Source: a virus. Taken from it: a DNA stretch of 64,000 bases. Shown here one piece after another: positions 1 to 7,776 of this stretch. The stretch lies in IMG/VR virus record IMGVR_UViG_3300008262_000016; one strand, given 5' to 3'. The translations under genes were made by a program, and so were the position numbers. Position 1 is the first letter of the stretch, and every line of letters starts with the position of its first letter. The notes under the pieces were generated by a model. The model was not told the origin of the DNA and ran no database searches. It saw only the letters and a list, made by a program, of their open reading frames with translations.

Positions 1-300
1 ATATTCTGCTCGTTGGGTTTCAGGGTGTACGCAAAGGCGTGAAAGTTCAAAGAGTCCTTCTTGCTCATTTCGTGCTAGTCCAAATGCTCCTTGTGCTACT
101 TCTGGGACAGGGAGACCTGTAAAGATACAGACTCCTTTAATACCACCAATATTCAGTGGGCTAAAATCATTGCTCTCATATAAACCGTAGTTATATCCGC
201 TCTTAAATCCTTTAGAAAAGTCCTTAAGATAATGAAACCGCAGAAGTAACTCTGCGGCTTCGGATTTACTTACACGGTCAATGTAATAATCTGTTTTCAC
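1..300 (-). CDS. Mom-like (GNAT-fold) DNA adenine modification protein; N-terminal part only, runs off the window
   Basis: Manual translation from GTG at 300: MKTDYYIDRVSKSEAAELLLRFHYLK...GVCIFTG.PVPEVAQGAFG....EGLFELSRLCVHP. The HYL and ELSRL motifs are typical of Mom-like proteins. Confidence 0.6.
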   Translation of the reverse strand, partial: MKTDYYIDRVSKSEAAELLLRFHYLKDFSKGFKSGYNYGLYESNDFSPLNIGGIKGVCIFTGLPVPEVAQGAFGLARNEQEGLFELSRLCVHPETQRAEY

Positions 301-361
301 TTGAACAGTAAATTAATGTATGCTGCTACAACTAAAAGTATTAGGCAGATTTGATTATACT

Positions 362-1291
362 TCACTCTTCAGCAAGTCGTGCAAAGTAAGAAAGAGTATC
401 ATCATCCTCATCTTCGTCAGCAGAAGATACAGTGCGAGTAGGTTGAAGAGAATTCAGTTCTCCACGAAGATCTTCCGTGAGTTCACGGGAAGAACCACGA
501 GTGTATTCTTCTTCTTCACCCTCATCAGGATCTTGATAGCGAGGAGTGCCCTTGTTACCAAGAACATAGTCAAGGCGCTTCTTCAGATCATCATAAGACT
601 TGAACTGATCAGCAGCAACAAGTTCAGCGAGAGAATACTGCTTCTTCCAGATTGCTTCCATCGCATCGTCATCTTCCAGAAGAGCATCGGGACGAGCAAA
701 CTCACTGGAGTCGTAGTTACGATAACCAGCAACGTTCTTTGCCTTCAGTTTGAAGTTAGCACCCTGCCAGAAATCGAACGGATCAATTGCTTCCTCATCC
801 TCAAACTCAGGTTGCATCGCAGCAGTGAGTTTGTCGAAGATCTTCTTACCGAACTTATACAGGAAGACTTTACCTTCGTTAGAGGGGTTAGCGGGATCCT
901 TGACCACATAGATGTTAGCAATGTAAGTCAGTTTACGCTTCTGTTTACGTGCCTGTTCTTTACCCACATCAGTGCCGTTGTTCCACAGCATCGTGTTGTG
1001 CTCAGACACAGGATCCTTCTGACCCAGAGTGGTCAGAGAGTTCTCAATATACCAACCACCAGGACCTTGGAATGCGTGACTGTAGAGTTTCACGAACGGA
1101 AGGTCCTCACCGTTCGGAGCAGGCAGGAAACGGATGACGGCATAACCATTGCCGCTCTTATCACATTCTAGTTTCCACAGGCGCTCATCGCCACTGGAAC
1201 CGCCATTGTTATTCATTTTTTCGACTTCCTTGACCAGTTTTGCGGTCAGGGAGCCAAGCTTAGATTGCTTCTTAAGGTCTGCGAAAGACAT
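362..1291 (-). CDS. gp32: T4-like single-stranded DNA-binding protein gp32
   Basis: DKSGNGYAVIRFLP, YSHAFQGPGGWYIENSLTT, NYDSSEF and acidic tail ending YFARLAEE. Confidence 0.97.
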   Translation of the reverse strand: MSFADLKKQSKLGSLTAKLVKEVEKMNNNGGSSGDERLWKLECDKSGNGYAVIRFLPAPNGEDLPFVKLYSHAFQGPGGWYIENSLTTLGQKDPVSEHNTMLWNNGTDVGKEQARKQKRKLTYIANIYVVKDPANPSNEGKVFLYKFGKKIFDKLTAAMQPEFEDEEAIDPFDFWQGANFKLKAKNVAGYRNYDSSEFARPDALLEDDDAMEAIWKKQYSLAELVAADQFKSYDDLKKRLDYVLGNKGTPRYQDPDEGEEEEYTRGSSRELTEDLRGELNSLQPTRTVSSADEDEDDDTLSYFARLAEE

Positions 1292-1334
1292 TTGGATTAC
1301 CTCGGATTAATTGGATTCGGGGGATTACTCGGAT

Positions 1335-1363
1335 AGTATAACAGGGATGCCCTCAGTCGTCAA
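1335..1363 (-). promoter_or_regulatory. sigma70-type promoter for gp32
   Basis: TTGACG-N17-TATACT on the minus strand, followed by an (A)ATCC-repeat leader. Confidence 0.7.
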
Positions 1364-1685
1364 GATATTGCTTGAGGGATTCGATTGTCTGATTCATACT
1401 GTCGAATAAAACTTGCATATCGGTCTCTGGTGGGAATCCCATCAGTGCTACCGATTTGCGAAGATTCTCTTTCATCTCAACCGCCTGTGGGTCATCTGAA
1501 AGAGACAATCTAGTATACATGATCCTTTGCTTTTCTAGCAAGGTCTGTAACTTTTCAACGTGTTCTTTCTTGGTTTCATTATCCATTACACCAAAGGTAA
1601 GGATACTTCCATAGATTTGTTCTTGAAGATTATTAATTTCTTCAAGTTCTTCTTGAATAATATCGGATTTAAAAAATTCACTCAT
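1353..1685 (-). CDS. conserved cyanophage protein (DUF1825-like)
   Basis: FFKSDIIQEEL...LLEKQRIMYTRLSLSDDP; probable start MSEFF at 1685. Confidence 0.75.
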   Translation of the reverse strand: MSEFFKSDIIQEELEEINNLQEQIYGSILTFGVMDNETKKEHVEKLQTLLEKQRIMYTRLSLSDDPQAVEMKENLRKSVALMGFPPETDMQVLFDSMNQTIESLKQYLDD

Positions 1686-2280
1686 TGATAATGGACCGCA
1701 AAATCTTTCGGTAGTTGAACACATCAATATTTAGGAATGGGGAATATTTTTTCAATTTCAAACTTACGGTTTCCCACACAGGGTCCAGAAGTTTCTTATC
1801 AAAATCGTTTGAGAAATGGAATATTTTTTCGTAGATTGTGAAAGTTTCTAGCGATAGTTGCCCGCTTAGAAACTTTTTGAGTATCGGAGGGTGACCTTTG
1901 GTACAGTTGAACAAACTCTCTAACTCGTTCTCCGATAACAATTCGTTGCTTTGCTCTTTGAATAAGTAGGTCAAACTCTGTTGACGCCTCATCCACTCTG
2001 CGTATGTTCTTTCGCCAGAATTGATAATTTCTCCAATCCATAAGTTTTGTGGGTTGTCTGCGGATACAAAATTTGCAAGTAGAAAGTCTTTGACTTCCTC
2101 ATCAGAATATTTACGGCTGGTCTTCTCAAACCAGTATTTGTCTTTACGTTTATTGAAAGAAGTCACAGTTGCCCGTGACTTTCCTCCATACTTAAAAAAG
2201 TCATATTTACTGTTCGTAAAATGACTTTTCATCGAAAGATAAGTTTGATAAGTTTCAAATGGTGACATAATAAACTTCAA
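1678..2280 (-). CDS. gp59: helicase loader gp59
   Basis: YLSMKSHF...YDFFKYGGK...FNKRKDKYWFEK; lies next to gp32 and gp33. Confidence 0.9.
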   Translation of the reverse strand: MKFIMSPFETYQTYLSMKSHFTNSKYDFFKYGGKSRATVTSFNKRKDKYWFEKTSRKYSDEEVKDFLLANFVSADNPQNLWIGEIINSGERTYAEWMRRQQSLTYLFKEQSNELLSENELESLFNCTKGHPPILKKFLSGQLSLETFTIYEKIFHFSNDFDKKLLDPVWETVSLKLKKYSPFLNIDVFNYRKILRSIINE

Positions 2281-2283
2281 AAA

Positions 2284-2799
2284 TTACTTTCCTCCCCAAG
2301 CAGTATATCTTGATTTTTCAGTATCACTCCATTGTCTAGCAACAAAGTCTTTACCAACACCAGTTCCCTCAACTCCCTTTAGTTTTGAAAGAACTTTTGG
2401 TGGGGTATAACCACCGCCATATACAGAAGAAATGCTAAATCCAGCTCTTGCTAAATCATTGCGAATTGAGGAACTCATTGCTCTTTCTCCAATCTTATCA
2501 TCAGAGAAACCTTTTTGTACCCCACCAGAAGGTCTATACATTGGGATATCAAATGCTCTATCAGAATAGTGCCTTGATCCTTTAGAGTGCTTTCCTCCAG
2601 AGGTGGAACCAATCTCCCAACCCTGTTTTTTCATCCATGCTATAGCAGCATCTCTAGTCTTTTTATCATCAAACTCCAAATGATCATGATAATTTTTACC
2701 ACCATGACTTGGATCATATCCTCCGTGAGTTTCGTCACCAGTGATATATCCAGCTTTCATTTCGTTTATTACAGATATAAACTGATTAAACGTTTTCAT
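2284..2799 (-). CDS. putative capsid-packaged protein with a Hedgehog/DD-peptidase (M15-like) Zn motif
   Basis: N-terminus MKTFNQFISVINE resembles the T4 capsid-targeting sequence; GSRHYSDRAFD motif; late-promoter-like CTAAATA upstream. Confidence 0.5.
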   Translation of the reverse strand: MKTFNQFISVINEMKAGYITGDETHGGYDPSHGGKNYHDHLEFDDKKTRDAAIAWMKKQGWEIGSTSGGKHSKGSRHYSDRAFDIPMYRPSGGVQKGFSDDKIGERAMSSSIRNDLARAGFSISSVYGGGYTPPKVLSKLKGVEGTGVGKDFVARQWSDTEKSRYTAWGGK

Positions 2800-2825
2800 T
2801 TGAAGTTGTCTTTTATGTATTTAGT

Positions 2826-3086
2826 TTACAGAGGAAGTTTTGCCTTCGAAGTCTTCTTCATAAAGTTGAGACGGATAGCATCCCACTTCAATCTCTCTTT
2901 TAATGGTTTTGAGATAAGCTTCGTGACTGATTCTACCTCAAGACTGTTAATTTCACAATAGTGACAGATAGCATCAATGTAGTTGAAGTTTTCTTCAATC
3001 ACAATCTTCTCAATTTCAAGAGCGAATTTAGAAGGAGTCAGAAACTTACTTTCTATTGCTTGTTCTAGTTCTTTGTTATTTTCCAT
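2826..3086 (-). CDS. gp33: late transcription co-activator gp33
   Basis: KFALEIEKIV...NYIDAICHYCE...KLISKPLKERLK; start taken at MENNKE. Confidence 0.88.
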   Translation of the reverse strand: MENNKELEQAIESKFLTPSKFALEIEKIVIEENFNYIDAICHYCEINSLEVESVTKLISKPLKERLKWDAIRLNFMKKTSKAKLPL

Positions 3087-3753
3087 AGAGTTCCAGTTTA
3101 TCTCTAACAAACTTTCTAATGTATTCGCTGAGAAGTTTGATGTACTTTGATTTGTCTCGTTCTTCATAGACGACGCATTCTCCATTTTCACAAGCCATGA
3201 TGATTACAAGTTTTTTAACTGAAATACCAGTCAGTTCGTACAGCATACATCCGTAAGCCATACATTGAACAAAATAGTGTTCGATCCACTCTCGTGGTTT
3301 TGGTTTTTTAGAAGTCTTAAAGTCGATTATAGCTAACTCACCGTCATATTCAGCGATGCAGTCAACTGTCCCAGCAATACCTAGTTGCTTACTATATAGG
3401 GACCCTTCAAGGGCGTAAATATTATTTATACGATTTAAGTCTGATTTTGAAATTTTAAAGAGGAAATCAGAAATTGGTTGTACTTTTGGTAGTTCTTCAT
3501 TCTTCAGATGATGTTCTACCAGAGTATGCATGTCTGTACCACGACTTGTTGCTGCCTTCGTGATACGATCTGCTTCTTCATCACCGACTTTCTTTCTCCA
3601 GTTGACGAAAATCTCCCTATTAAAATGACTGGTCACCGAAGTGATGGAGACCAGTCTAAGAAGTTCTTCTTCTGTAGGAACTCTGTAATACCTTACACCA
3701 TCAATAGTCTCCCTCTCAAGTTGAGGGAGATCAATATCAACATGACTGAACAT
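3076..3753 (-). CDS. PD-(D/E)XK exonuclease (Cas4/RecB-like, conserved in T4-like cyanophages)
   Basis: SITSVTS, RGTDMH, AGTVDCIAE, IIDFKTS, Q..AY motifs. Confidence 0.88.
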   Translation of the reverse strand: MFSHVDIDLPQLERETIDGVRYYRVPTEEELLRLVSITSVTSHFNREIFVNWRKKVGDEEADRITKAATSRGTDMHTLVEHHLKNEELPKVQPISDFLFKISKSDLNRINNIYALEGSLYSKQLGIAGTVDCIAEYDGELAIIDFKTSKKPKPREWIEHYFVQCMAYGCMLYELTGISVKKLVIIMACENGECVVYEERDKSKYIKLLSEYIRKFVRDKLELYGK

Positions 3754-4511
3754 TAAAAACCTGCTTCCATTTTTGCGAGAATGTATTCTTTAACAAGTCC
3801 AGAGCGGACAATATCATCAACCCCAAATTCAATTATATCAAAAGAAGGCATTTTACGCAATACACTCATAAAATCATGAATACCATTACGCTCATTTGAC
3901 TTCTGCAAATCAGACTGAACCGCATCACCACAGAAACAAATTCTAGTATTTTCACCAACACGAGTGATAATAGAGTCTAATTCATGGAAGTTTAGGTTCT
4001 GATATTCATCAACAATAATAATAGAGTTATCAAGTGTAGTTCCACGAAGGAACGAAGTACTCCAAAACTTGATTGTTTCTTGTGACTTGAGATTACCATA
4101 GAGCATCTCGAAATCAGCATCACTAGGCATCTGGAACATATATTTCACCATATTCTTATAAGGAATTTGGTAAATATCCGCCTTATCTTCATGAGAACCA
4201 GGAAGGAACCCAATCTCTCTGGTAGCAACTAGAGAACGAACAAGGTAAATGCGTTCATAAGGTGTATGTTCATTCAATACATCTTGAAGAGCATTATAAA
4301 GTGTGATAAAGGTTTTACCAGTACCAGCACAACCATATGCTACTAAATGTTTACCTTCTTGATAGGAATTAAATAATCTTTTTTGATTATCCGTAAGGGG
4401 ATCAATATCAATAAGGTAATCGGAACTTAGAGGTTTCTTCCTCTTCATCTGCTTTGCAGTGAGACCAACCCCGATAGGTTGCTCTGCAGACGATCTTTTT
4501 CTTCTTGCCAT
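3753..4511 (-). CDS. phoH: PhoH-family ATPase
   Basis: GCAGTGKT Walker A, REIGFLPG, FLRGTTLD, VDEYQN, GDAVQSDL, DIVRSGLV. Confidence 0.96.
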   Translation of the reverse strand: MARRKRSSAEQPIGVGLTAKQMKRKKPLSSDYLIDIDPLTDNQKRLFNSYQEGKHLVAYGCAGTGKTFITLYNALQDVLNEHTPYERIYLVRSLVATREIGFLPGSHEDKADIYQIPYKNMVKYMFQMPSDADFEMLYGNLKSQETIKFWSTSFLRGTTLDNSIIIVDEYQNLNFHELDSIITRVGENTRICFCGDAVQSDLQKSNERNGIHDFMSVLRKMPSFDIIEFGVDDIVRSGLVKEYILAKMEAGF

Positions 4512-4768
4512 TAGATTTTGTTTACTTTAGAACCAGGCATTTTCGCTGCACGGTGCAGCACATCGTTCCATCCAGGATTCTTCTTCCTGAGTTTGTCCTT
4601 CCACTCACCCACTTCACCAGGTTGTGGGCAGGTAGAAGGATCAGACCAGTCTCGAATCCATTCTGGATTTTCCACTTTCCACTGGTCCCATTCGTTGACG
4701 CTCATCGTCACTTCTTTTTGTTCACCAGTTTCTTTGTGGACTACAGGATATGTTGCCAAAATTTTCAC
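4511..4768 (-). CDS. conserved cyanophage hypothetical protein
   Basis: TYPVVHKETGEQKEV.MSV.EWDQW...GWNDVL; coupled to phoH. Confidence 0.65.
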   Translation of the reverse strand: MKILATYPVVHKETGEQKEVTMSVNEWDQWKVENPEWIRDWSDPSTCPQPGEVGEWKDKLRKKNPGWNDVLHRAAKMPGSKVNKI

Positions 4769-4785
4769 CTCCTAATGATATGAAC

Positions 4786-5364
4786 TTATTTATTGTTTAA
4801 ATGAGAAGATATTTTCATAATATGATTGGTAAAATCTTCCAAAGATAAATCCCACTTCATCACATTACAAATTTTACAGCAAGGGGTACAATTATCTTCT
4901 GTATAACCTTTAGTACTATCAATCCTATCAATTCCAGTATATAAAAAATCACCGCCAGTTTTTGATTGCGATTTTTTTACGGAAGATAATGAATCACCAC
5001 AATAAGAACAAGATTTTACTACATTTTCTGTAAAAAAATTTACATCAATGTCAAAGTTTAATCCTCTTCTATTAGCAGAAGTTCTATATGTGGAGTATAG
5101 GTCGTTTTTTGCGGCTTCACCATAAGATAATTTCCAAGGCATATTTTTTGCCCCTTTTGATTTCCAAGTAGATACATCTCTTTGAGAACATCCACAAGAA
5201 TATCTTCTTCTTATGTTAAAACTATACATTTCTTTAGTCCCACCACATATAGAACATTTTACTTTCCCTTTAACATGATGACCTGGACCTTTTGCTGGTA
5301 TTACATCCAATACGGTAAAGTTGCCTATGACATCTCCAACACTAATAGATGATTTTCTTCCCAT
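4786..5364 (-). CDS. free-standing HNH (His-Me) homing endonuclease
   Basis: CSYCG...GIDRIDSTKGYTEDNCTPCCKICNVMK; N-terminal Cys motifs; own TATAAATA late promoter at 5389-5396. Confidence 0.8.
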   Translation of the reverse strand: MGRKSSISVGDVIGNFTVLDVIPAKGPGHHVKGKVKCSICGGTKEMYSFNIRRRYSCGCSQRDVSTWKSKGAKNMPWKLSYGEAAKNDLYSTYRTSANRRGLNFDIDVNFFTENVVKSCSYCGDSLSSVKKSQSKTGGDFLYTGIDRIDSTKGYTEDNCTPCCKICNVMKWDLSLEDFTNHIMKISSHLNNK

Positions 5365-5407
5365 AGTAGTAATGTATCCAACTACTTATATTTATAATAT
5401 GGATACA

Positions 5408-6061
5408 TTACAGAACCCATTGATTTTCTACTCCCCCAAGTGCTTCTGTACAGATAGGAAATTGCTCGGCAAAGATTTTTTTACATTCTTTAGCAATATC
5501 CATATGCTCTTTTTGCGTTCCATTTTTTTCTCGGAGTGCAATATATGTGATCCAAGACCTGCAACTACCCGCCATATAAAGACGAGTAGGAGTCGCCAGA
5601 GGAAGCACAAAGCGAGCAGACTCTTTTGCTACTCCGTGAGCAAGAAGTTCCTTGTAGAGGCGCATACCCTCCGCAAAATGGTCTTGAATCTTACTTTGTA
5701 GCGTCAGTTTTTCATATTCGCCAATATCATCAATAGAGTTTTGACGATTCTTGGTATCCTGACGACGAAGATCGGGAACGGGAATATACTCTGAAATCAG
5801 TGAAGTATCAGCATAGCGTTGTGAGAACTCTTGATATGTGAAACTACGGTGACGCAAAATTTGAGCTGCGATACCACGATTGGTTTCAATCTCAAGAGTC
5901 ATAAAACTCTGCTCAAACACAGACCAATGGTTGTGCTTGATGCAATAAGCAAGCAACTTGGAATAGTTTTCGTTGTCTTGATTTGCAGGATTACTGACTC
6001 TTGCTACATACGCCATTGTCTTTTCGGCGTCTGGAGTTACACTAACCAGTTTTACAGTCAT
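5408..6061 (-). CDS. thyX: flavin-dependent thymidylate synthase
   Basis: HWSVFE, QILRHRSFTYQEFSQRY, KESARFVLP, TQKEH. Confidence 0.96.
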   Translation of the reverse strand: MTVKLVSVTPDAEKTMAYVARVSNPANQDNENYSKLLAYCIKHNHWSVFEQSFMTLEIETNRGIAAQILRHRSFTYQEFSQRYADTSLISEYIPVPDLRRQDTKNRQNSIDDIGEYEKLTLQSKIQDHFAEGMRLYKELLAHGVAKESARFVLPLATPTRLYMAGSCRSWITYIALREKNGTQKEHMDIAKECKKIFAEQFPICTEALGGVENQWVL

Positions 6062-6222
6062 TTACCAAATCCTTTTGATGTTTTCTTTTCTAAGTCTGCG
6101 AGTTGTTCTTTCAACTCACGAAGTTGCACTTTCATCTCACGAATCTTTTCATCGGTATAGAGATGGTCTTGCTTGATGAGACGCTCAAGCAACTTTACAA
6201 GTTTTTTAGATCTACTAGTCAT
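6058..6222 (-). CDS. small coiled-coil hypothetical protein (54 aa)
   Basis: Manual translation MTSRSKKLVKLLERLIKQDHLY...SKGFGK; ATGA overlap with thyX. Confidence 0.65.
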   Translation of the reverse strand: MTSRSKKLVKLLERLIKQDHLYTDEKIREMKVQLRELKEQLADLEKKTSKGFGK

Positions 6223-6410
6223 TAATCTGCATATCCATCATCATCGTCAAAAATTTCATCGTAGTCTTGTAGACCTACTTTTACTTCCTCATAGTTGAGA
6301 TAACTCTGAGTATCAGAGTATACTTCAGCTTTGAGAGAATCTACAAGTAATTCAAGATTACGGACGATGAGTTTAAGTTTTTCTTTGTCCATAAGATAGG
6401 GTTCTCTCAA
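6222..6410 (-). CDS. conserved cyanophage hypothetical protein
   Basis: MDKEKLKLIVRNLELLVDSLKAEVYSD; likely start at the second Met. Confidence 0.65.
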   Translation of the reverse strand: MREPYLMDKEKLKLIVRNLELLVDSLKAEVYSDTQSYLNYEEVKVGLQDYDEIFDDDDGYAD

Positions 6411-6457
6411 CTCATTTTACACAAAAAAAGGGAGGTCGTCAAGACCTCCCCATCTTA

Positions 6458-6649
6458 TTACTCACTCAGCATATTTCTACATACCCGTTTACAAGTTTGT
6501 TGGTCATCATCACATTCTATTAGACAGTTAAAATAATCATTGACTAACTCCATTTCATCATTACAACGGTCAACTGTTTGCTCAAAGTGTCGCCATTCTG
6601 CAAGTTGATTGTAAGAGACAAGGTTGTGCATAATGTCCTCCACGCACAA
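6458..6649 (-). CDS. small Cys-containing cyanophage protein
   Basis: MHNLVSYNQL...DYFNCLIECDDDQQTCKRVCR. Confidence 0.6.
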   Translation of the reverse strand: MCVEDIMHNLVSYNQLAEWRHFEQTVDRCNDEMELVNDYFNCLIECDDDQQTCKRVCRNMLSE

Positions 6650-6784
6650 GGATAATCATAACAAATAATTTTCGCTCATTTGTATGACCTCATTATTCTA
6701 CCATATGTATATTAGATATGTTACTTAGGATACAAAAATTTATGCCTATTAGAGAAACTTATAGACATAAAAAAAGAGGGAGAG

Positions 6785-6940
6785 TCAATCTCCCTCAAAC
6801 TTAAACATTTTTTCAAACCACTCATCTAGATGAATAGTATAACAGGACCAATAATTACAACCCCTGTATGTTAGTTGATAGCAAGCAGGAGGTCTATTGT
6901 CCTTATCCATATCATCATAATGATATTTGTAGTTGTCCAT
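6785..6940 (-). CDS. DUF4278-like small protein (51 aa)
   Basis: Manual translation MDNYKYHYDDMDKDNRPPACYQLTYRGCNYW... contains the LTYRG motif. Confidence 0.55.
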   Translation of the reverse strand: MDNYKYHYDDMDKDNRPPACYQLTYRGCNYWSCYTIHLDEWFEKMFKFEGD

Positions 6941-7026
6941 TATTTGTCCAACCACTGAACATACATTGATAAAAATACGGTTGTTAAAGCAATCGCAGCA
7001 GTAGTTGATACCATGAACTGTACCAT
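6940..7026 (-). CDS. 28-aa hydrophobic peptide
   Basis: MVQFMVSTTAAIALTTVFLSMYVQWLDK; TAATG overlaps on both sides. Confidence 0.45.
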   Translation of the reverse strand: MVQFMVSTTAAIALTTVFLSMYVQWLDK

Positions 7027-7124
7027 TACCTTGCTCCTACTAATTGTGCTAGTTGGGCTTGATGACGACGCTCTTCTTTTTGTTTTTGCTCTTTAATGAT
7101 TTGCAAGAAGTTTAGTTTCTTCAT
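7026..7124 (-). CDS. 32-aa basic helical peptide
   Basis: MKKLNFLQIIKEQKQKEERRHQAQLAQLVGAR; ATGA overlap with the DUF4278 gene and SD AGGAGG. Confidence 0.55.
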   Translation of the reverse strand: MKKLNFLQIIKEQKQKEERRHQAQLAQLVGAR

Positions 7125-7258
7125 TTGTGCCCCTCCTTTACATACTTAACACCACGATAGGTTTCGTTGTATTGTTGGGGTTGTTGCATCATCTGTTGTT
7201 GATATGCGATACGCTTTTCGGTATCGTATTCAGCACCACGATAAACTACTTTCGACAT
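7121..7258 (-). CDS. DUF4278 protein (45 aa)
   Basis: MSKVVYRGAEYD...TYRGVKY with two YRG motifs; SD AGGAG; directly downstream of the glutamine aptamer. Confidence 0.8.
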   Translation of the reverse strand: MSKVVYRGAEYDTEKRIAYQQQMMQQPQQYNETYRGVKYVKEGHK

Positions 7259-7290
7259 TGGTTTTCTCCTAAAGAAATGAGATGGTTAGT

Positions 7291-7466
7291 CCCGTTCCTT
7301 CAGTCGGCTTTTGCGTCTATGAAACAACCTTTCTTTGTGACTTGTTCAATTTCTAATATGAGACCAATTTTTTCATGGTCAGTGACGAAGTTACTAGCAT
7401 TAACTCTACTAATGAGAAGTTGTGCCTGTAAGCAAGATAAAAAGAGTTGCTCCATAGATGAACGAT
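7291..7466 (-). ncRNA. glutamine-II (Downstream-peptide) riboswitch aptamer 2, with an ORF in the P2 loop
   Basis: 5' half ATCGTTCATCTAT and 3' half ATAGACGCAAAAGCCGACTGAAGGAACGGG; lies upstream of DUF4278. Confidence 0.8.
7300..7455 (-). CDS. 51-aa protein nested in aptamer 2
   Basis: MEQLFLSCLQAQLLISRVNASNFVTDHEKIGLILEIEQVTKKGCFIDAKAD; paralogous to 7504..7710. Confidence 0.65.
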   Translation of the reverse strand: MEQLFLSCLQAQLLISRVNASNFVTDHEKIGLILEIEQVTKKGCFIDAKAD

Positions 7467-7721
7467 CCGTTCCGAGTCGGCTTACTTGCGTCCTATTCAG
7501 TTTTTAGCACCTTTGAACAACATCCTTTCGGAGTTCTAATAGCAATCGGTCTTCTCTTCTTTGGTCTACTACATCGTCGTTTTTAACGATGTCCATTAGT
7601 TCCCACGCTGCGTCACAACTTATAGTCACAGGATATGGATTCTGTATAAGTCGTGGCGTTGAAACAGAAAGAAGTGGAACCCATGCTAAAAGCAAAAGTG
7701 CTTTAGTCATAGGATGAACGT
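7467..7721 (-). ncRNA. glutamine riboswitch-like aptamer 1, with an ORF in the P2 loop
   Basis: 5' half ACGTTCATCCTAT and 3' half ATAGGACGCAAGTAAGCCGACTCGGAACGG; TATAAT at 7731-7736 just upstream. Confidence 0.7.
7504..7710 (-). CDS. 68-aa protein nested in aptamer 1
   Basis: Hydrophobic N-terminus, then ISCDAAWEL...LLLEL...RC, a pattern shared with 7300..7455. Confidence 0.65.
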   Translation of the reverse strand: MTKALLLLAWVPLLSVSTPRLIQNPYPVTISCDAAWELMDIVKNDDVVDQRREDRLLLELRKDVVQRC

Positions 7722-7776
7722 TAGGGGATTATTATACCCCTATTCATCCTATATAGGTCTTATATGTGTGAAAACA

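Noticed and set aside
320-1171. 283-aa plus-strand ORF
   Set aside because: Antisense shadow of gp32 with no recognisable motifs.
3076-3753. Cas4-like nuclease as a CRISPR component
   Set aside because: It is the standard T4-like cyanophage exonuclease next to phoH and gp33; no array nearby.
7127-7507. 126-aa plus-strand ORF over the riboswitch locus
   Set aside because: The minus strand is fully explained by aptamers, SD sites and DUF4278, so this is a shadow ORF.
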